NCBI RefSeq assembly: GCF_054482595.1 | Contig: NZ_CM137008.1 | DNA: 64,000 bases | Reading direction: 5' to 3' (one strand) | In this document: piece after piece, positions 22,033 to 33,844 of the stretch | How the letters are laid out: every line of letters starts with the position of its first letter | Numbering within the stretch: position 1 is the stretch's first letter | The notes under the pieces: model-generated | The model's input: only the letters and a program-made list of their open reading frames with translations | What the model was told of the DNA's origin: nothing | The model's database searches: none | Made by a program: the position numbers and the translations under genes

Positions 22033-24642
22033 TTATGAGCCAGAATGTGTGCAAACTGCCGAAATAACAGTGACGGCTTGCTGTAAGCTTTGCTTCGGCA
22101 ATACATAGTGCGCAATGCAGCGTGAGTTCGCGCCGTCTCCCCACTGAACCAGTAATTCACCAGACAATGGCGCACCACTTAAATAAACTTGCCCGTCATC
22201 ACCCACCATACTGGTTATTCCGGTACTGTTTTCCCGTACCAGTGATCCAAACGGCACCGGTTTTCCGCCCTGGGTAACGGTAATGAGCGCCCGCACGCCT
22301 ATGCGGGTATCAAAATTGGCACGAACCAACGCGCCTTGCGTCGGCACAACGCTGCTAATATTTTTTTCAACATCGATGGAATTCCCCATCGTATTGGTAT
22401 CAAGCGCGATACGGTTATACCGATAAACCGTGGCATACGGCATCACCGCATAGCCGCGCCAGTCGGTTAAAATGCCAGTTTGATTTTCAATGCGTACACC
22501 GCCTGCGCCAGGCGCTTTAATCAAAACATTGGTATCCCCTAAAGGCTGGCTCAGCGTTATGCCATTTTCATGCCCGACCACACCGCCAGACAGCTGCCAG
22601 TTAACGTCATGTTGATCGCGGTCGTAGTTATACCCGACCCCCAGCGTACCGTAAGCGGCCTGCCAGTTTGCCGTGGCGCTGCCCGTATACCCATTATTCG
22701 AGGTATCACCCTGGCTTACGTGATAACTCAGGTTGTGGCCTTCCAGTAAGGTCCCACCTACACCTGCCAGCCAGCTATTTTGCCCGTTGCTGTTACGGTT
22801 GGCGTTAAAGGAGGCATAAGCGCGGTCGAGCGCATTTTCCCGGGTGTAGCGACGTTTGGTCAGAACATTGAAAGGCACTGAAACATTAAGTCCGACAATA
22901 CGTTCGTTATCGGGGATCCCTACAGATTCATTCCACGAAAATGAGAGCGAATAACTGATGCCAACCCAGCTGCTGGTATACCCCACCTGATACCACGTAT
23001 CTGAATCCGAAGTATTCCAGTATTTTTGATGGGTACCAGAAATATAAAGCGAGCCAAAGTCATTAAGTGATTGTGAAATATTTAACTGCAAACGGTCTTT
23101 ACGGCTAAAGCGTAAATTGTGGTAATTCACGATTATCGGTTCATCGCGATGCTCACCGTCGTAATCGTAATCATATTCGTACCCCTCCATTCGACGATAC
23201 GCAACATCATCAAGGGTATAAAAACCTTGTGTCGAATAGCGGTAACCCATTAACTGAAAATTGGTGCCGAAGGTGTTCATCGATTTCGCATAGAGGAAGC
23301 GAATAGAATCCCCCTCATGACGACTATCGTCGGCTAACTGACTGCGCGCATGGGTCACATCCAGCGACACTGCCCCCCAGTTCCCGAGGTTGCGCCCCAG
23401 TCCTAATAAAAAGGCGGTGTAATTGGCAGATAATTGCGTCCCGCCGTAGGCAGTAAATTCCTGTGGTAAACCACCGAGTGCCGTGCCCTGAAAAAAGAAA
23501 GGTGATGATTGCTGACTATTACCGCTACGAAAATCGCCCGCCGTCAGGTCAAATTTGAAACGCCCTTCGCGTTGTAAAATCGGCACTGTTGAATACGGAA
23601 TTGTGTAATTCTGCTGATTGCCATCGCGCTCGTCGATGGTGACATCCAGATCGCCATTTGAAGATGTCGGGTGCAAATCTGTAATTTCAAAAGCACCGGG
23701 GGAAACATAGCTTTGATAGATAATAAAACCATTTTGCCGAATCGTTAGCTGGGCCGCCGTACGGGCAATCCCACGTACCGTTGGGGCAAACCCTTGCTGG
23801 CTATCAGGATACATATTATCGGAAGAATAAAGCCGTACACCACGAAATCCAACACCATCGAAAATATCACTTCCTGTATTGCCGTCTCCCATTACCAGTT
23901 CACTTTTCAGCGGAATAATGGCGCGCTGTACCCAGGTGCCAATATTATTCCACTGTTCTGAATGATATCCATTTCCGCGAAAATAGTTCCAGGAACCATT
24001 GTTGCGTAAACGCCACGGGCCAATATTAATCCCGCTGAGCTCACTAAAAAAATAGCTATCGTTACCATTACCTCTGTTACCAGTGAAATTATAATTCAGG
24101 AGTAAAGCAGGAATACCTTCATCCCACTATTCAGGCGGAATGTAACCGTGAGCACTACTCAACAACGCTATCTGAGGAATAGTGATGTTCAGGCGCATCG
24201 CTGCAAAATCAAAGTTAATTGTGGCATCAGGTACAGCTTTCAGTAAATTGATGCATTTATTGTTTTGCTGCTGGGCTAACTCGGGAAATGCACTGCTATT
24301 AAGGCCAATTCGTTCAAGGAGTACCTGGTTAAAACAGGGCATTAACCCACCTGATTTATCACCTGTATTTTCTGTTGTCGATTCAAATACGATATCCTGT
24401 GAACCAATGAACTCATCATTACGCCAGAGATCCACCCGATACACGCCCGCAGGTTGATGATTACCTCTCTCAAAGCGCGATAAATCAGCAACGGATGTGC
24501 CATTCTCTAATAAAAATGCCGGGTTGAAATAACTTTCCGCATAGCTTAAAAAGGAGGGTAAAATGGCAAGAGATGAATAACAAATTCCGGCCAGACACCA
24601 GGTATACCTCTGCGGAATATCCGTAGTAGTGGGTATTTTCAT
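22033..24642 (-). pseudogene. sfmD: sfmD fimbrial outer-membrane usher interrupted by one in-frame TAG at 24127-24129
   Basis: Track ORFs 24127..24642 and 22033..23892 are in the same frame (the offset of 750 is 3x250). My translation of 23893..24126 is open ([27 protein letters not shown]...KSELV). The total is about 868 codons, the size of a FimD-family usher. Confidence 0.9.
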
Positions 24643-24672
24643 AATTAGCTCTGATATTGTCAGATGATTCGG

Positions 24673-25365
24673 TTAGTTTAAGTTCACTTCTCTGACCGGG
24701 GTTACTGAACCATAATCATTAACGGTCTGAAATTTCAGTTTTCCCTGCACTCCTGAGGGTAAGGGAATTTGTGAATTAACTCTGGGTGCAGCCATAGCAT
24801 TCCCCAACTTTTGGCTGCCCACTTGTAAGTTAACCAGGGTGACATAAAAAGGTGATGGATTATGAACATTGATATAGTTACCGGATCGCGAAAACTTGAG
24901 TGTATCCGGCGCTTCTGCGGGTAATTCTTGTAGTTGAATTGGACGGAGAAATAACTTCATGCGCGATAAAATCGCCAGTTGCAAAACATTCCTGCCGTTC
25001 AATGCATTTTTATCTACCGAAGGGATCGTCTTAACATTCATCCAGAACAGAGACTCACGATCTGCTGCCAGCGGTGGACCGGTGTAAATAATACGCAATG
25101 TATTTTCGCTTTTGGGTTCACTAACAAACAGTGGCGGTGTAATGATGAATGACTTTTCTTTTACACCGCTGCTGTTTTCAATCCACGAATTGACCAGAAA
25201 ACGCTCATTGGTATGGCTATTTCTAATCCATACCGCAGTCTGTTTAGCATCAGCGGGATAAATAATACGCGTGGCACCTAATGCGATCCCTCCGGCAGCA
25301 TGGGCGCTGGCCGAAATGATTAAATAAAATATAATGAGCATCAATAACTTTATTTTAGTCATCAT
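24673..25365 (-). CDS. sfmC: periplasmic fimbrial chaperone (PapD/FimC family)
   Basis: 230-aa ORF with a signal peptide and chaperone motifs (…RIIYPA…, …[10 protein letters not shown]…). Confidence 0.93.
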   Translation of the reverse strand: MMTKIKLLMLIIFYLIISASAHAAGGIALGATRIIYPADAKQTAVWIRNSHTNERFLVNSWIENSSGVKEKSFIITPPLFVSEPKSENTLRIIYTGPPLAADRESLFWMNVKTIPSVDKNALNGRNVLQLAILSRMKLFLRPIQLQELPAEAPDTLKFSRSGNYINVHNPSPFYVTLVNLQVGSQKLGNAMAAPRVNSQIPLPSGVQGKLKFQTVNDYGSVTPVREVNLN

Positions 25366-25584
25366 AGTTAATACGCCTTGTGTATTCCTGACGGCAAAAA
25401 TAAGAAATATAAAGAAATGATTGCTTTGGTTTCTTACAACACATCATTCCCTTTTCATTTAATAAAGCGGCATGATACAAAGTGAACATGATTTCGATTT
25501 ACATTGCCACCATACCGCTTCAGACAACCGGTACATTACTTTGTTATAAGACGTGGTATATAATTCAAAACAACGTGGTTTTGA

Positions 25585-26127
25585 TTATTCGTATCTCATA
25601 ATAAAAGTCGCGTCAGCATTTGCTTGCCCTGCTGATGCACTTGTACCGGTGCCTTTATAACGTGCAGAAAAATGAAGAACGTTGGTCCCGGGGATCAAGT
25701 TCTGGTTGGTTGAGAAGCTATTCCCATCAGGTTTGAGAATTGCGGATGTATTATCAAGTATTTCAATACCGACACCCGTTGCTGTTGTAGTGTTGGTACT
25801 GGATGCAATGGCCAATAAATTATCATTGATTGCATCAGCCTGACCAGAAAATGCAACGGCAGCATTAGCGGCAACAACAGGATCGCAGTCGTTCAACTGT
25901 ATAGTGAATGGAATTAATGCAGAGGTATTACCAACAGCATTGAAAATATCGGTACGATATTGACCGAGTGTGACAACCTGGTCTGCCGAGTCAGTATTCA
26001 CTGAACAGGCAGCATTCACCAGTTCGCCTTCAAAGTGAATTGTACCGCCATCTACAACGGCAGCATAACTACCCGTAGCGGCGAATAGTGCGGCAGCCAG
26101 CGCAGACGAAATAAATCTTAATTTCAT
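25585..26127 (-). CDS. sfmA: major type-1-like fimbrial subunit
   Basis: ATG 26127 ([22 protein letters not shown]...) gives 180 aa, with an SD-like aaggaat upstream. The track ORF is 11 codons longer. Confidence 0.9.
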   Translation of the reverse strand: MKLRFISSALAAALFAATGSYAAVVDGGTIHFEGELVNAACSVNTDSADQVVTLGQYRTDIFNAVGNTSALIPFTIQLNDCDPVVAANAAVAFSGQADAINDNLLAIASSTNTTTATGVGIEILDNTSAILKPDGNSFSTNQNLIPGTNVLHFSARYKGTGTSASAGQANADATFIMRYE

Positions 26128-26597
26128 ATATATTCCTTCAATCTCATTTATCGACTCCACATCCGTATATAACCGATTACTTTATTTAAGACACTGATAG
26201 TAGTAAATTCCTTTTTATCCTCTAAGAATGTCTTAATTGAAAATATGCACTCTATTCTAAAAAATAGAGAGCCCCGTTAGATGAATACTTCCGCGCAAAA
26301 TATATTCAACACAAATATAGACCTGAAGCGGTAAATTACCAGGCTGAAAATTCTTTTTATATTGTCAGGTATTTCTTAAATTATCTTAATCCTTTGACAA
26401 GGAAATAAGTCAGTTCCAGATTTACAACGCCATCATGGACGAAAAATGAAGCTTTCAATCTCAGCGACGGTGCGCCTAACCTTCGCAAGAGGTCGCTTCA
26501 CGCGATAAATCTGAAACGAAACCTGACAGCGCGCCCCGCTTCTGACAAAATAGGCGCATCCCCTTCGACCTACGTAACAGATGGAATCCTCTCTCTG

Positions 26598-27464
26598 ATG
26601 GCAGCAAAGATTATTGACGGTAAAACGATTGCGCAGCAGGTGCGCTCTGAAGTTGCTCAAAAAGTTCAGGCGCGTATTGCAGCCGGACTGCGGGCACCAG
26701 GACTGGCCGTTGTGCTGGTGGGTAGTAACCCTGCATCGCAAATTTATGTCGCAAGCAAACGCAAGGCTTGTGAAGAAGTCGGGTTCGTCTCCCGCTCTTA
26801 CGACCTCCCGGAAACCACCAGCGAAGCGGAGCTGCTGGAGCTTATCGATACGCTGAATGCCGATAACACCATCGATGGCATTCTGGTTCAACTGCCGTTA
26901 CCGGCGGGTATTGATAACGTCAAAGTGCTGGAACGTATTCATCCGGACAAAGACGTGGACGGTTTCCATCCTTATAACGTCGGTCGTCTGTGCCAGCGTG
27001 CGCCGCGTCTGCGTCCCTGCACCCCGCGCGGTATTGTCACGCTGCTTGAGCGTTACAACATTGATACCTTCGGCCTCAACGCCGTGGTGATTGGCGCATC
27101 GAATATCGTCGGTCGCCCAATGAGCATGGAACTGTTGCTGGCAGGTTGCACCACCACCGTGACTCACCGTTTCACTAAAAATCTGCGTCACCACGTAGAA
27201 AATGCCGATCTACTGATCGTTGCCGTCGGCAAGCCGGGCTTTATTCCTGGTGACTGGATCAAAGAAGGCGCAATTGTGATTGATGTCGGCATCAACCGTC
27301 TGGAAAATGGCAAAGTTGTGGGCGACGTCGTGTTTGAAGACGCGGCTAAACGCGCCTCATACATTACGCCTGTTCCGGGCGGCGTTGGCCCGATGACGGT
27401 TGCCACGCTGATTGAAAACACGCTACAGGCGTGCGTTGAATATCATGATCCACAGGGTGAGTAA
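26598..27464 (+). CDS. folD: bifunctional 5,10-methylene-THF dehydrogenase/cyclohydrolase
   Basis: 288-aa [22 protein letters not shown]..., recognised as FolD. Confidence 0.97.
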   Translation: MAAKIIDGKTIAQQVRSEVAQKVQARIAAGLRAPGLAVVLVGSNPASQIYVASKRKACEEVGFVSRSYDLPETTSEAELLELIDTLNADNTIDGILVQLPLPAGIDNVKVLERIHPDKDVDGFHPYNVGRLCQRAPRLRPCTPRGIVTLLERYNIDTFGLNAVVIGASNIVGRPMSMELLLAGCTTTVTHRFTKNLRHHVENADLLIVAVGKPGFIPGDWIKEGAIVIDVGINRLENGKVVGDVVFEDAAKRASYITPVPGGVGPMTVATLIENTLQACVEYHDPQGE

Positions 27465-27465
27465 C

Positions 27466-27678
27466 ATGGCGACATTTTCTTTAGGTAAACATCCGCACGT
27501 TGAGCTGTGCGACTTGCTGAAACTGGAAGGCTGGAGCGAAAGCGGCGCGCAGGCGAAAATCGCGATTGCCGAAGGCCAGGTGAAAGTCGACGGTGCGGTT
27601 GAAACGCGCAAACGCTGCAAAATCGTCGCCGGGCAGACAGTGAGTTTTGCAGGTCACAGCGTACAGGTTGTTGCCTGA
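27466..27678 (+). CDS. ybcJ: S4-domain RNA-binding protein
   Basis: ATG 27466, 1 nt after the folD stop, gives the 70-aa product MATFSLGKHPHVELCDLLK... The track ORF extends upstream into folD. Confidence 0.9.
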   Translation: MATFSLGKHPHVELCDLLKLEGWSESGAQAKIAIAEGQVKVDGAVETRKRCKIVAGQTVSFAGHSVQVVA

Positions 27679-27686
27679 TCCCTTTC

Positions 27687-27718
27687 CCGGCCTGTATCAA
27701 CAGGCCGGTTCTCTTTTC
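27687..27718 (+). terminator. rho-independent terminator after ybcJ
   Basis: Stem ccggcctg / caggccgg with loop tatcaa, followed by ttctcttttc. Confidence 0.75.
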
Positions 27719-27785
27719 AGACTTTTGCCCTCTACGCCCCGTTCATCCATGCTGATAGCATCGACATTTTGCCGAAGCGACCATC

Positions 27786-28307
27786 ATGCCAACCGTTATT
27801 ACGCACGCCGCCGTTCCCCTATGCATTGGTTTAGGGTTGGGTTCGAAAGTCATCCCTCCGCGTCTGTTATTTGCCGGAATCATCCTGGCGATGCTGCCCG
27901 ACGCAGACGTATTGTCGTTTAAATTTGGCCTTGCTTACGGCAATGTTTTTGGTCATCGCGGGTTTACCCATTCGCTGGTGTTTGCGTTTGTTGTCCCGCT
28001 GTTATGTGTGCTGATTGGACGCCGATGGTTCAGGGCTGGGCTGATTCGCTGCTGGCTGTTTTTAACCGTCTCGTTGCTATCGCACAGCTTGCTGGATTCG
28101 GTAACCACTGGCGGTAAGGGTGTTGGCTGGCTGTGGCCGTGGTCAGATGAACGCTTTTTCGCTCCCTGGCAGGTGATTAAAGTCGCGCCGTTTGCATTGT
28201 CTCGTTACACCACAGCGTACGGGCATCAGGTGATTATTTCTGAATTGATGTGGGTGTGGTTGCCGGGGATGCTACTGATGGGAATGTTGTGGTGGCGCAG
28301 ACGATAA
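27786..28307 (+). CDS. ybcI: inner-membrane metal-dependent hydrolase family protein (YdjM-like)
   Basis: 173-aa polytopic membrane ORF MPTVITHAAVPLCIGLGLG..., recognised as YbcI. Confidence 0.9.
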   Translation: MPTVITHAAVPLCIGLGLGSKVIPPRLLFAGIILAMLPDADVLSFKFGLAYGNVFGHRGFTHSLVFAFVVPLLCVLIGRRWFRAGLIRCWLFLTVSLLSHSLLDSVTTGGKGVGWLWPWSDERFFAPWQVIKVAPFALSRYTTAYGHQVIISELMWVWLPGMLLMGMLWWRRR

Positions 28308-28331
28308 CCGGATGCGAAAACTCGCATCCGG
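28308..28331. terminator. hairpin between convergent ybcI and cysS
   Basis: 10-bp stem ccggatgcga / tcgcatccgg with loop aaac, located directly between the two stop codons. Confidence 0.6.
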
Positions 28332-28342
28332 CAATAGCGCAA

Positions 28343-29728
28343 TTACTTACGACGCCAGGTGGTCCCTTGCGGGCCATCTTCCAGCACGATCCCCATCTCG
28401 TTAAGACGGTCACGCGCCGCATCTGCCGCCGCCCAGTCTTTCGCTTTACGGGCATCCAGACGCTGTTGAATTAACGCTTCAATCTCAGCCACTTCGCTGT
28501 CATCTGCCTGCGCGCCGCTTTGCAGGAACGCTTCCGGTTCTTGCTCCAGCAGGCCCAATACAGCGGAAAGTTTACGCAGGTGAGATGCCATTGCATTCGC
28601 CGCTGCCATATCTTCTGCTTTCAGACGGTTCACTTCACGCGCCATATCAAACAGCACGGAATAGGCTTCCGGGGTGTTGAAATCGTCGTCCATCGCTTCA
28701 ATAAAGCGCGCTTCAAACGCTTCGCCACCGGCAGGCGCAACGGTTTTATCTGTGCCGCGCAGCGCAGTGTAGAGACGCTCCAGCGCCGCACGCGCCTGCT
28801 TCAGGTTCTCTTCGCTATAGTTCAGCTGGCTGCGATAGTGGCCCGACATCAGGAAGTAACGCACGGTTTCCGCGTCGTAGTATTTCAGCACATCGCGCAC
28901 GGTAAAGAAGTTACCCAGCGATTTGGACATCTTCTCGCGGTCAACCATCACCATCCCCGAGTGCATCCAGTAGTTAACATACTGACCATCATGGGCACAG
29001 GTGGACTGCGCGATTTCGTTCTCGTGGTGCGGGAACATCAGGTCTGAACCACCGCCGTGGATATCAAAGTGGTTACCCAGCTGCTTGCAGTTCATTGCCG
29101 AACATTCAATGTGCCAGCCAGGACGGCCCGCGCCCCACGGAGACGGCCAGCTCGGTTCGCCCTCTTTCGACATCTTCCACAGAACGAAGTCCATCGGGTT
29201 GCGTTTGTCGTCGACCACGTCAACGCGCGCGCCTGCCTGCAGCTGGTCGAGATCCTGACGCGACAGCACGCCATAAGTCGGATCGGTCGGGACGTCGAAC
29301 ATCACGTCGCCGTTGTCCGCCACATAAGCGTGACCTTTGGCGATCAGTTGTTCAGTGAGTTCAATAATTTCTGCGATATGGTGCGTCGCGCGCGGCTCCA
29401 TATCCGGGCGCAGAATGTTCAACGCATCAAAATCTTTGTGCATTTCGGCGATCATGCGATCCACCAGCGCCACAAAGCTTTCGCCATTTTCATTGGCGCG
29501 TTTGATGATTTTGTCGTCGATATCGGTAATGTTGCGCACATACTTCAGCTTATAGCCGAGGAAACGCAGATAGCGCGCAACCACGTCAAAAGCAACAAAG
29601 GTACGCCCGTGACCGATATGACAGAGATCGTAAACGGTGATTCCACACACGTACATGCCGACTTCCCCGGCGTGAATAGGCTTAAATTCCTCTTTTTGGC
29701 GTGTCAGAGTATTGAAGATTTTTAGCAT
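28343..29728 (-). CDS. cysS: cysteinyl-tRNA synthetase
   Basis: 461-aa ORF with HIGH (CHIGHGR) and KMSKS motifs. Confidence 0.98.
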
Positions 29729-29901
29729 CGAAGATTCCGTTTAGACATGTGTGGGTAATTGAGTTGCGTATAATACCCATATTTCCCGCGCGAATCAGCA
29801 TACATTGCGTGATGATCCGATCGTGCGGTTATGCTATAACACCACCCTATATATGACCCGAACTGGGTTGAAGCACCAATCAAACGGAACAGGATGCAAA
29901 A

Positions 29902-30396
29902 ATGGTTACTTTCCACACCAATCACGGCGATATTGTCATCAAAACTTTTGACGATAAAGCACCTGAAACAGTTAAAAACTTCCTGGACTACTGCCGCGAA
30001 GGTTTTTACAACAACACCATTTTCCACCGTGTTATCAACGGCTTTATGATTCAGGGCGGCGGTTTTGAACCGGGCATGAAACAAAAAGCCACCAAAGAAC
30101 CGATCAAAAACGAAGCCAACAACGGCCTGAAAAATACCCGTGGTACGCTGGCAATGGCCCGTACTCAGGCTCCGCACTCTGCAACTGCACAGTTCTTCAT
30201 CAACGTGGTTGATAACGACTTCCTGAACTTCTCTGGCGAAAGCCTGCAAGGTTGGGGCTACTGCGTGTTTGCTGAAGTGGTTGAAGGCATGGACGTGGTA
30301 GACAAAATCAAAGGTGTTGCAACCGGTCGTAGCGGTATGCACCAGGACGTGCCAAAAGAAGACGTTATCATTGAAAGCGTGACCGTTAGCGAGTAA
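29902..30396 (+). CDS. ppiB: cytoplasmic peptidyl-prolyl cis-trans isomerase B (cyclophilin)
   Basis: 164-aa [24 protein letters not shown]..., recognised as PpiB. Confidence 0.97.
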   Translation: MVTFHTNHGDIVIKTFDDKAPETVKNFLDYCREGFYNNTIFHRVINGFMIQGGGFEPGMKQKATKEPIKNEANNGLKNTRGTLAMARTQAPHSATAQFFINVVDNDFLNFSGESLQGWGYCVFAEVVEGMDVVDKIKGVATGRSGMHQDVPKEDVIIESVTVSE

Positions 30397-30398
30397 TC

Positions 30399-31121
30399 GT
30401 GGCGACACTCTTTATTGCAGATCTTCATCTCTGCGTGGAAGAACCGGCGATCACCGCCGGTTTTCTGCGTTTTTTAGCGAGGGAAGCTCGCAAGGCCGAC
30501 GCGCTGTATATTCTTGGCGATCTGTTTGAAGCGTGGATTGGCGACGACGATCCCAACCCACTCCATCGCCAGATGGCGGCAGCGATCAAAGCGGTGTCCG
30601 ATTCCGGCGTTCCCTGTTATTTCATTCATGGCAACCGTGATTTTCTGCTCGGCAAACGCTTTGCCCGTGAAAGTGGCATGACGTTATTGCCGGAAGAAAA
30701 AGTGCTCGAACTTTATGGTCGTCGGGTGCTGATTATGCATGGCGACACGCTGTGCACCGATGACGCGGGTTATCAGGCTTTTCGCGCCAAGGTCCACAAA
30801 CCCTGGCTGCAGACGCTATTCCTCGCCCTGCCGTTGTTTGTGCGCAAACGCATTGCCGCGCGAATGCGCGCGAACAGTAAAGAAGCCAACAGCAGTAAAT
30901 CGCTGGCGATCATGGACGTTAACCAAAACGCGGTGGTCAGTGCGATGGAAAAACATCAGGTGCAATGGCTGATCCACGGGCATACCCATCGCCCGGCGGT
31001 ACATGAACTTATCGCCAATCAGCAACCTGCTTTTCGCGTGGTACTGGGTGCCTGGCATACGGAAGGTTCAATGGTGAAAGTCACGGCGGATGACGTTGAG
31101 TTAATTCATTTTCCGTTTTAA
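30399..31121 (+). CDS. lpxH: UDP-2,3-diacylglucosamine pyrophosphohydrolase
   Basis: 240-aa ORF starting at GTG, 2 nt after the ppiB stop. It has the calcineurin-like metallophosphoesterase motifs DLHL and GNRD. Confidence 0.95.
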   Translation: MATLFIADLHLCVEEPAITAGFLRFLAREARKADALYILGDLFEAWIGDDDPNPLHRQMAAAIKAVSDSGVPCYFIHGNRDFLLGKRFARESGMTLLPEEKVLELYGRRVLIMHGDTLCTDDAGYQAFRAKVHKPWLQTLFLALPLFVRKRIAARMRANSKEANSSKSLAIMDVNQNAVVSAMEKHQVQWLIHGHTHRPAVHELIANQQPAFRVVLGAWHTEGSMVKVTADDVELIHFPF

Positions 31122-31151
31122 AAAACCCGCAACTTTGCTGATTTCACAGCC

Positions 31152-31167
31152 ACGCAACCGTTTTCCT
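31152..31167. promoter_or_regulatory. candidate PurR operator upstream of purEK
   Basis: acgcaaccgttttcct resembles the PUR box ACGCAAACGTTTGCGT and lies 72 nt upstream of the purE ATG. Confidence 0.55.
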
Positions 31168-31238
31168 TGCTCTCTTTCCGTGCTATTCTCTGTGCCCTCT
31201 AAAGCCGAGAGTTGTGCACCACAGGAGTTTTAAGACGC

Positions 31239-31748
31239 ATGTCTTCCCGCAATAATCCGGCGCGTGTCGCCATCGTGATGGGGTCCAAAAGCGACTGGGC
31301 TACCATGCAGTTCGCCGCCGAAATCTTCGAAATCCTGAATGTCCCGCACCACGTTGAAGTGGTTTCTGCTCACCGCACCCCCGATAAACTATTCAGCTTC
31401 GCCGAAAGTGCCGAAGAGAACGGTTATCAGGTGATTATTGCGGGCGCAGGCGGCGCAGCGCACCTGCCAGGCATGATTGCCGCCAAAACGCTGGTGCCAG
31501 TGCTGGGCGTGCCAGTACAGAGCGCCGCACTGAGCGGTGTCGATAGCCTCTACTCCATCGTACAAATGCCGCGCGGCATTCCGGTGGGTACGCTGGCGAT
31601 TGGTAAAGCTGGCGCGGCAAACGCGGCGTTACTGGCAGCACAAATTCTTGCGACTCATGATAAAGAGCTGCACCAGCGTCTGAATGACTGGCGCAAAGCC
31701 CAGACCGACGAAGTGCTGGAAAACCCGGACCCGCGAGGTGCGGCATGA
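31239..31748 (+). CDS. purE: N5-carboxyaminoimidazole ribonucleotide mutase
   Basis: ATG 31239 ([20 protein letters not shown]...) gives 169 aa. The track ORF is 9 codons longer. Confidence 0.96.
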   Translation: MSSRNNPARVAIVMGSKSDWATMQFAAEIFEILNVPHHVEVVSAHRTPDKLFSFAESAEENGYQVIIAGAGGAAHLPGMIAAKTLVPVLGVPVQSAALSGVDSLYSIVQMPRGIPVGTLAIGKAGAANAALLAAQILATHDKELHQRLNDWRKAQTDEVLENPDPRGAA

Positions 31749-32812
31749 AACAGGTTTGCGTCCTCGGTAACGGGCAGTTAGGCCGTATGCTGCGTCAGGC
31801 AGGCGAACCGTTAGGCATTGCTGTCTGGCCGGTCGGGCTGGACGCTGAACCGGCGGCGGTGCCTTTTCAACAAAGCGTGATTACCGCTGAGATCGAACGC
31901 TGGCCGGAAACCGCATTAACCCGCGAGCTGGCGCGCCATCCGGCCTTTGTGAACCGCGATGTGTTCCCGATTATTGCTGACCGTCTGACTCAGAAGCAGC
32001 TTTTCGATAAGCTCCACCTGCCGACCGCACCGTGGCAGTTACTTGCCGATCGCAGCGAGTGGCCTGCGGTGTTTGATCGTTTAGGTGAGCTGGCGATTGT
32101 TAAGCGTCGCACTGGTGGCTATGACGGACGCGGTCAATGGCGTTTACGCGCCGATGAAACCGAACAGTTACCGGCTGAATGCTACGGCGAATGTATAGTC
32201 GAGCAGGGCATAAACTTCTCTGGTGAAGTGTCGCTGGTTGGCGCGCGCGGTTTTGATGGCAGCACCGTGTTTTATCCGCTGACGCATAACCTGCATCAGG
32301 ACGGTATTTTGCGCACCAGCGTCGCTTTTCCGCAGGCCAATGCGCAGCAGCAAGCGCAAGCCGAAGAGATGCTGTCGGCGATTATGCAGGAGCTGGGCTA
32401 TGTGGGCGTGATGGCGATGGAGTGTTTTGTCACCCCGCAAGGTCTGCTGATCAACGAACTGGCACCGCGTGTGCATAACAGCGGTCACTGGACACAAAAC
32501 GGTGCCAGCATCAGCCAGTTTGAGCTACATCTGCGGGCGATTACCGATCTGCCGTTACCGCAACCAGTGGTGAATAATCCGTCGGTGATGATCAATCTGA
32601 TTGGTAGCGATGTGAATTATGACTGGCTGAAACTGCCGCTGGTGCATCTGCACTGGTACGACAAAGAAGTCCGTCCGGGCCGTAAAGTGGGGCATCTGAA
32701 TTTGACCGACAGCGACACATCGCGTCTGTCCGCGACGCTGGAAGCCTTGATCCCGCTGCTGCCGCCGGAATATGCCAGCGGCGTGATGTGGGCGCAGAGT
32801 AAGTTCAGTTAA
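31745..32812 (+). CDS. purK: N5-carboxyaminoimidazole ribonucleotide synthase
   Basis: 355-aa ATP-grasp ORF with an ATGA overlap onto the purE stop. Confidence 0.96.
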   Translation: MKQVCVLGNGQLGRMLRQAGEPLGIAVWPVGLDAEPAAVPFQQSVITAEIERWPETALTRELARHPAFVNRDVFPIIADRLTQKQLFDKLHLPTAPWQLLADRSEWPAVFDRLGELAIVKRRTGGYDGRGQWRLRADETEQLPAECYGECIVEQGINFSGEVSLVGARGFDGSTVFYPLTHNLHQDGILRTSVAFPQANAQQQAQAEEMLSAIMQELGYVGVMAMECFVTPQGLLINELAPRVHNSGHWTQNGASISQFELHLRAITDLPLPQPVVNNPSVMINLIGSDVNYDWLKLPLVHLHWYDKEVRPGRKVGHLNLTDSDTSRLSATLEALIPLLPPEYASGVMWAQSKFS

Positions 32813-32830
32813 CCTGGTGCTCATTTGATT

Positions 32831-32942
32831 GCCGGATGCGGCGTGAACGCCTTATCCGGCCTACACCGATCCGGTACCCATTGTAGGCCTGATAAGACGC
32901 GTCAAGCGTCGCATCAGGCATGGTACGCCGATTGCCGGATGC
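32831..32942. repeat. REP/BIME cluster (two full inverted REP units plus a partial third)
   Basis: gccggatgcggcgtgaacgccttatccggcctac (32831-32864), inverted copy gtaggcctgataagacgcgtcaagcgtcgcatcaggca (32883-32920), and partial tgccggatgc (32933-32942). It lies between convergent purK and ybcF. Confidence 0.85.
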
Positions 32943-32950
32943 TCTCATCA

Positions 32951-33844
32951 CTACAGCGAAATACAGGTCCCCGCTTCGCCCGCCAGCGTCTCTTCAATTC
33001 GCGATAACGCCCCAATCCACGCGGGTTTACCACGGCTTCTGACATAACCACTCACCGCCGTTACCTTCGGCCCCATCGAACCATCGGCTTTGGCAAATGG
33101 CGCTAACTCATCCGGTGTGGCATGGCGAATGGCACGTTGCTGCGGCGTTCCCCAGTTTTCATATACCGCATCAGCATCGGTGAGGATCACCAGTCCATCG
33201 GCATTAATCTGCTCGGCGAGCAACGCAGCAGCGAGATCTTTATCAATCACCGCTTCACTCCCTGCCCCGTCTTCCGTCACAGGCACACCGCCGCCGCCAC
33301 TGCAAATCACCACATGCCCCTCTTTGAGCAACAACTCGATGGCTTCGCTGTCGAGAATTTTACGCGGTTGCGGAGACGCCACCACCCGGCGTAAATATTT
33401 ACCATCACGTTTCATCTGCCAGCCGTAAGCCGCTTCCAGTGCCTCTTGTTCTTCTGGCTGATAAACCGGACCAATAAATTTCTCTGGCTGCAAAAACGCC
33501 GGATCATCAGGCGAAACCTCAATGCGCGTCAGCACCGTCGTGACAGGCGGCATCTGCGGCTGTGCGCTCAAACTTTGCGCCAGCATATAGCCAATCATCC
33601 CCTGACTTTCCGCCACCAGCACATCCAGCGGATACGGTTCTACCTCTTTCCACGCCAGATTCTGCAATGCCAGCAGCCCCACCTGCGGCCCGTTGCCGTG
33701 AACAATCGCCAGCCGATAAGAACGGGCCAGCCGTGCCAGCGCGGGTACAGCACTGGCGATATTGCGATATTGATTTTCTGCCGTCAGCGCCTCACCGCGC
33801 TGAAGCAAGGCATTGCCCCCAAGAGCTACAACCAGTGTTTTCAT
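32951..33844 (-). CDS. ybcF: carbamate kinase-like protein
   Basis: 297-aa [21 protein letters not shown]..., amino-acid-kinase fold. It is the last gene of the fdrA cluster. Confidence 0.92.
   Translation of the reverse strand: MKTLVVALGGNALLQRGEALTAENQYRNIASAVPALARLARSYRLAIVHGNGPQVGLLALQNLAWKEVEPYPLDVLVAESQGMIGYMLAQSLSAQPQMPPVTTVLTRIEVSPDDPAFLQPEKFIGPVYQPEEQEALEAAYGWQMKRDGKYLRRVVASPQPRKILDSEAIELLLKEGHVVICSGGGGVPVTEDGAGSEAVIDKDLAAALLAEQINADGLVILTDADAVYENWGTPQQRAIRHATPDELAPFAKADGSMGPKVTAVSGYVRSRGKPAWIGALSRIEETLAGEAGTCISL

Noticed and set aside
26433-26891. 152-aa minus-strand ORF overlapping the folD 5-prime region
   Set aside because: It is antisense to folD and its leader, with no recognisable domain and no ribosome-binding signal.
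29722-30408. 228-aa minus-strand ORF covering ppiB
   Set aside because: It is antisense to the clearly recognisable cyclophilin PpiB and extends through the cysS-ppiB promoter region. It has no family resemblance.
32825-33007. 60-aa plus-strand ORF after purK
   Set aside because: It is a translation of the REP/BIME palindromes (…CGVNALSGLH… is typical REP-derived peptide) running into the antisense of ybcF.
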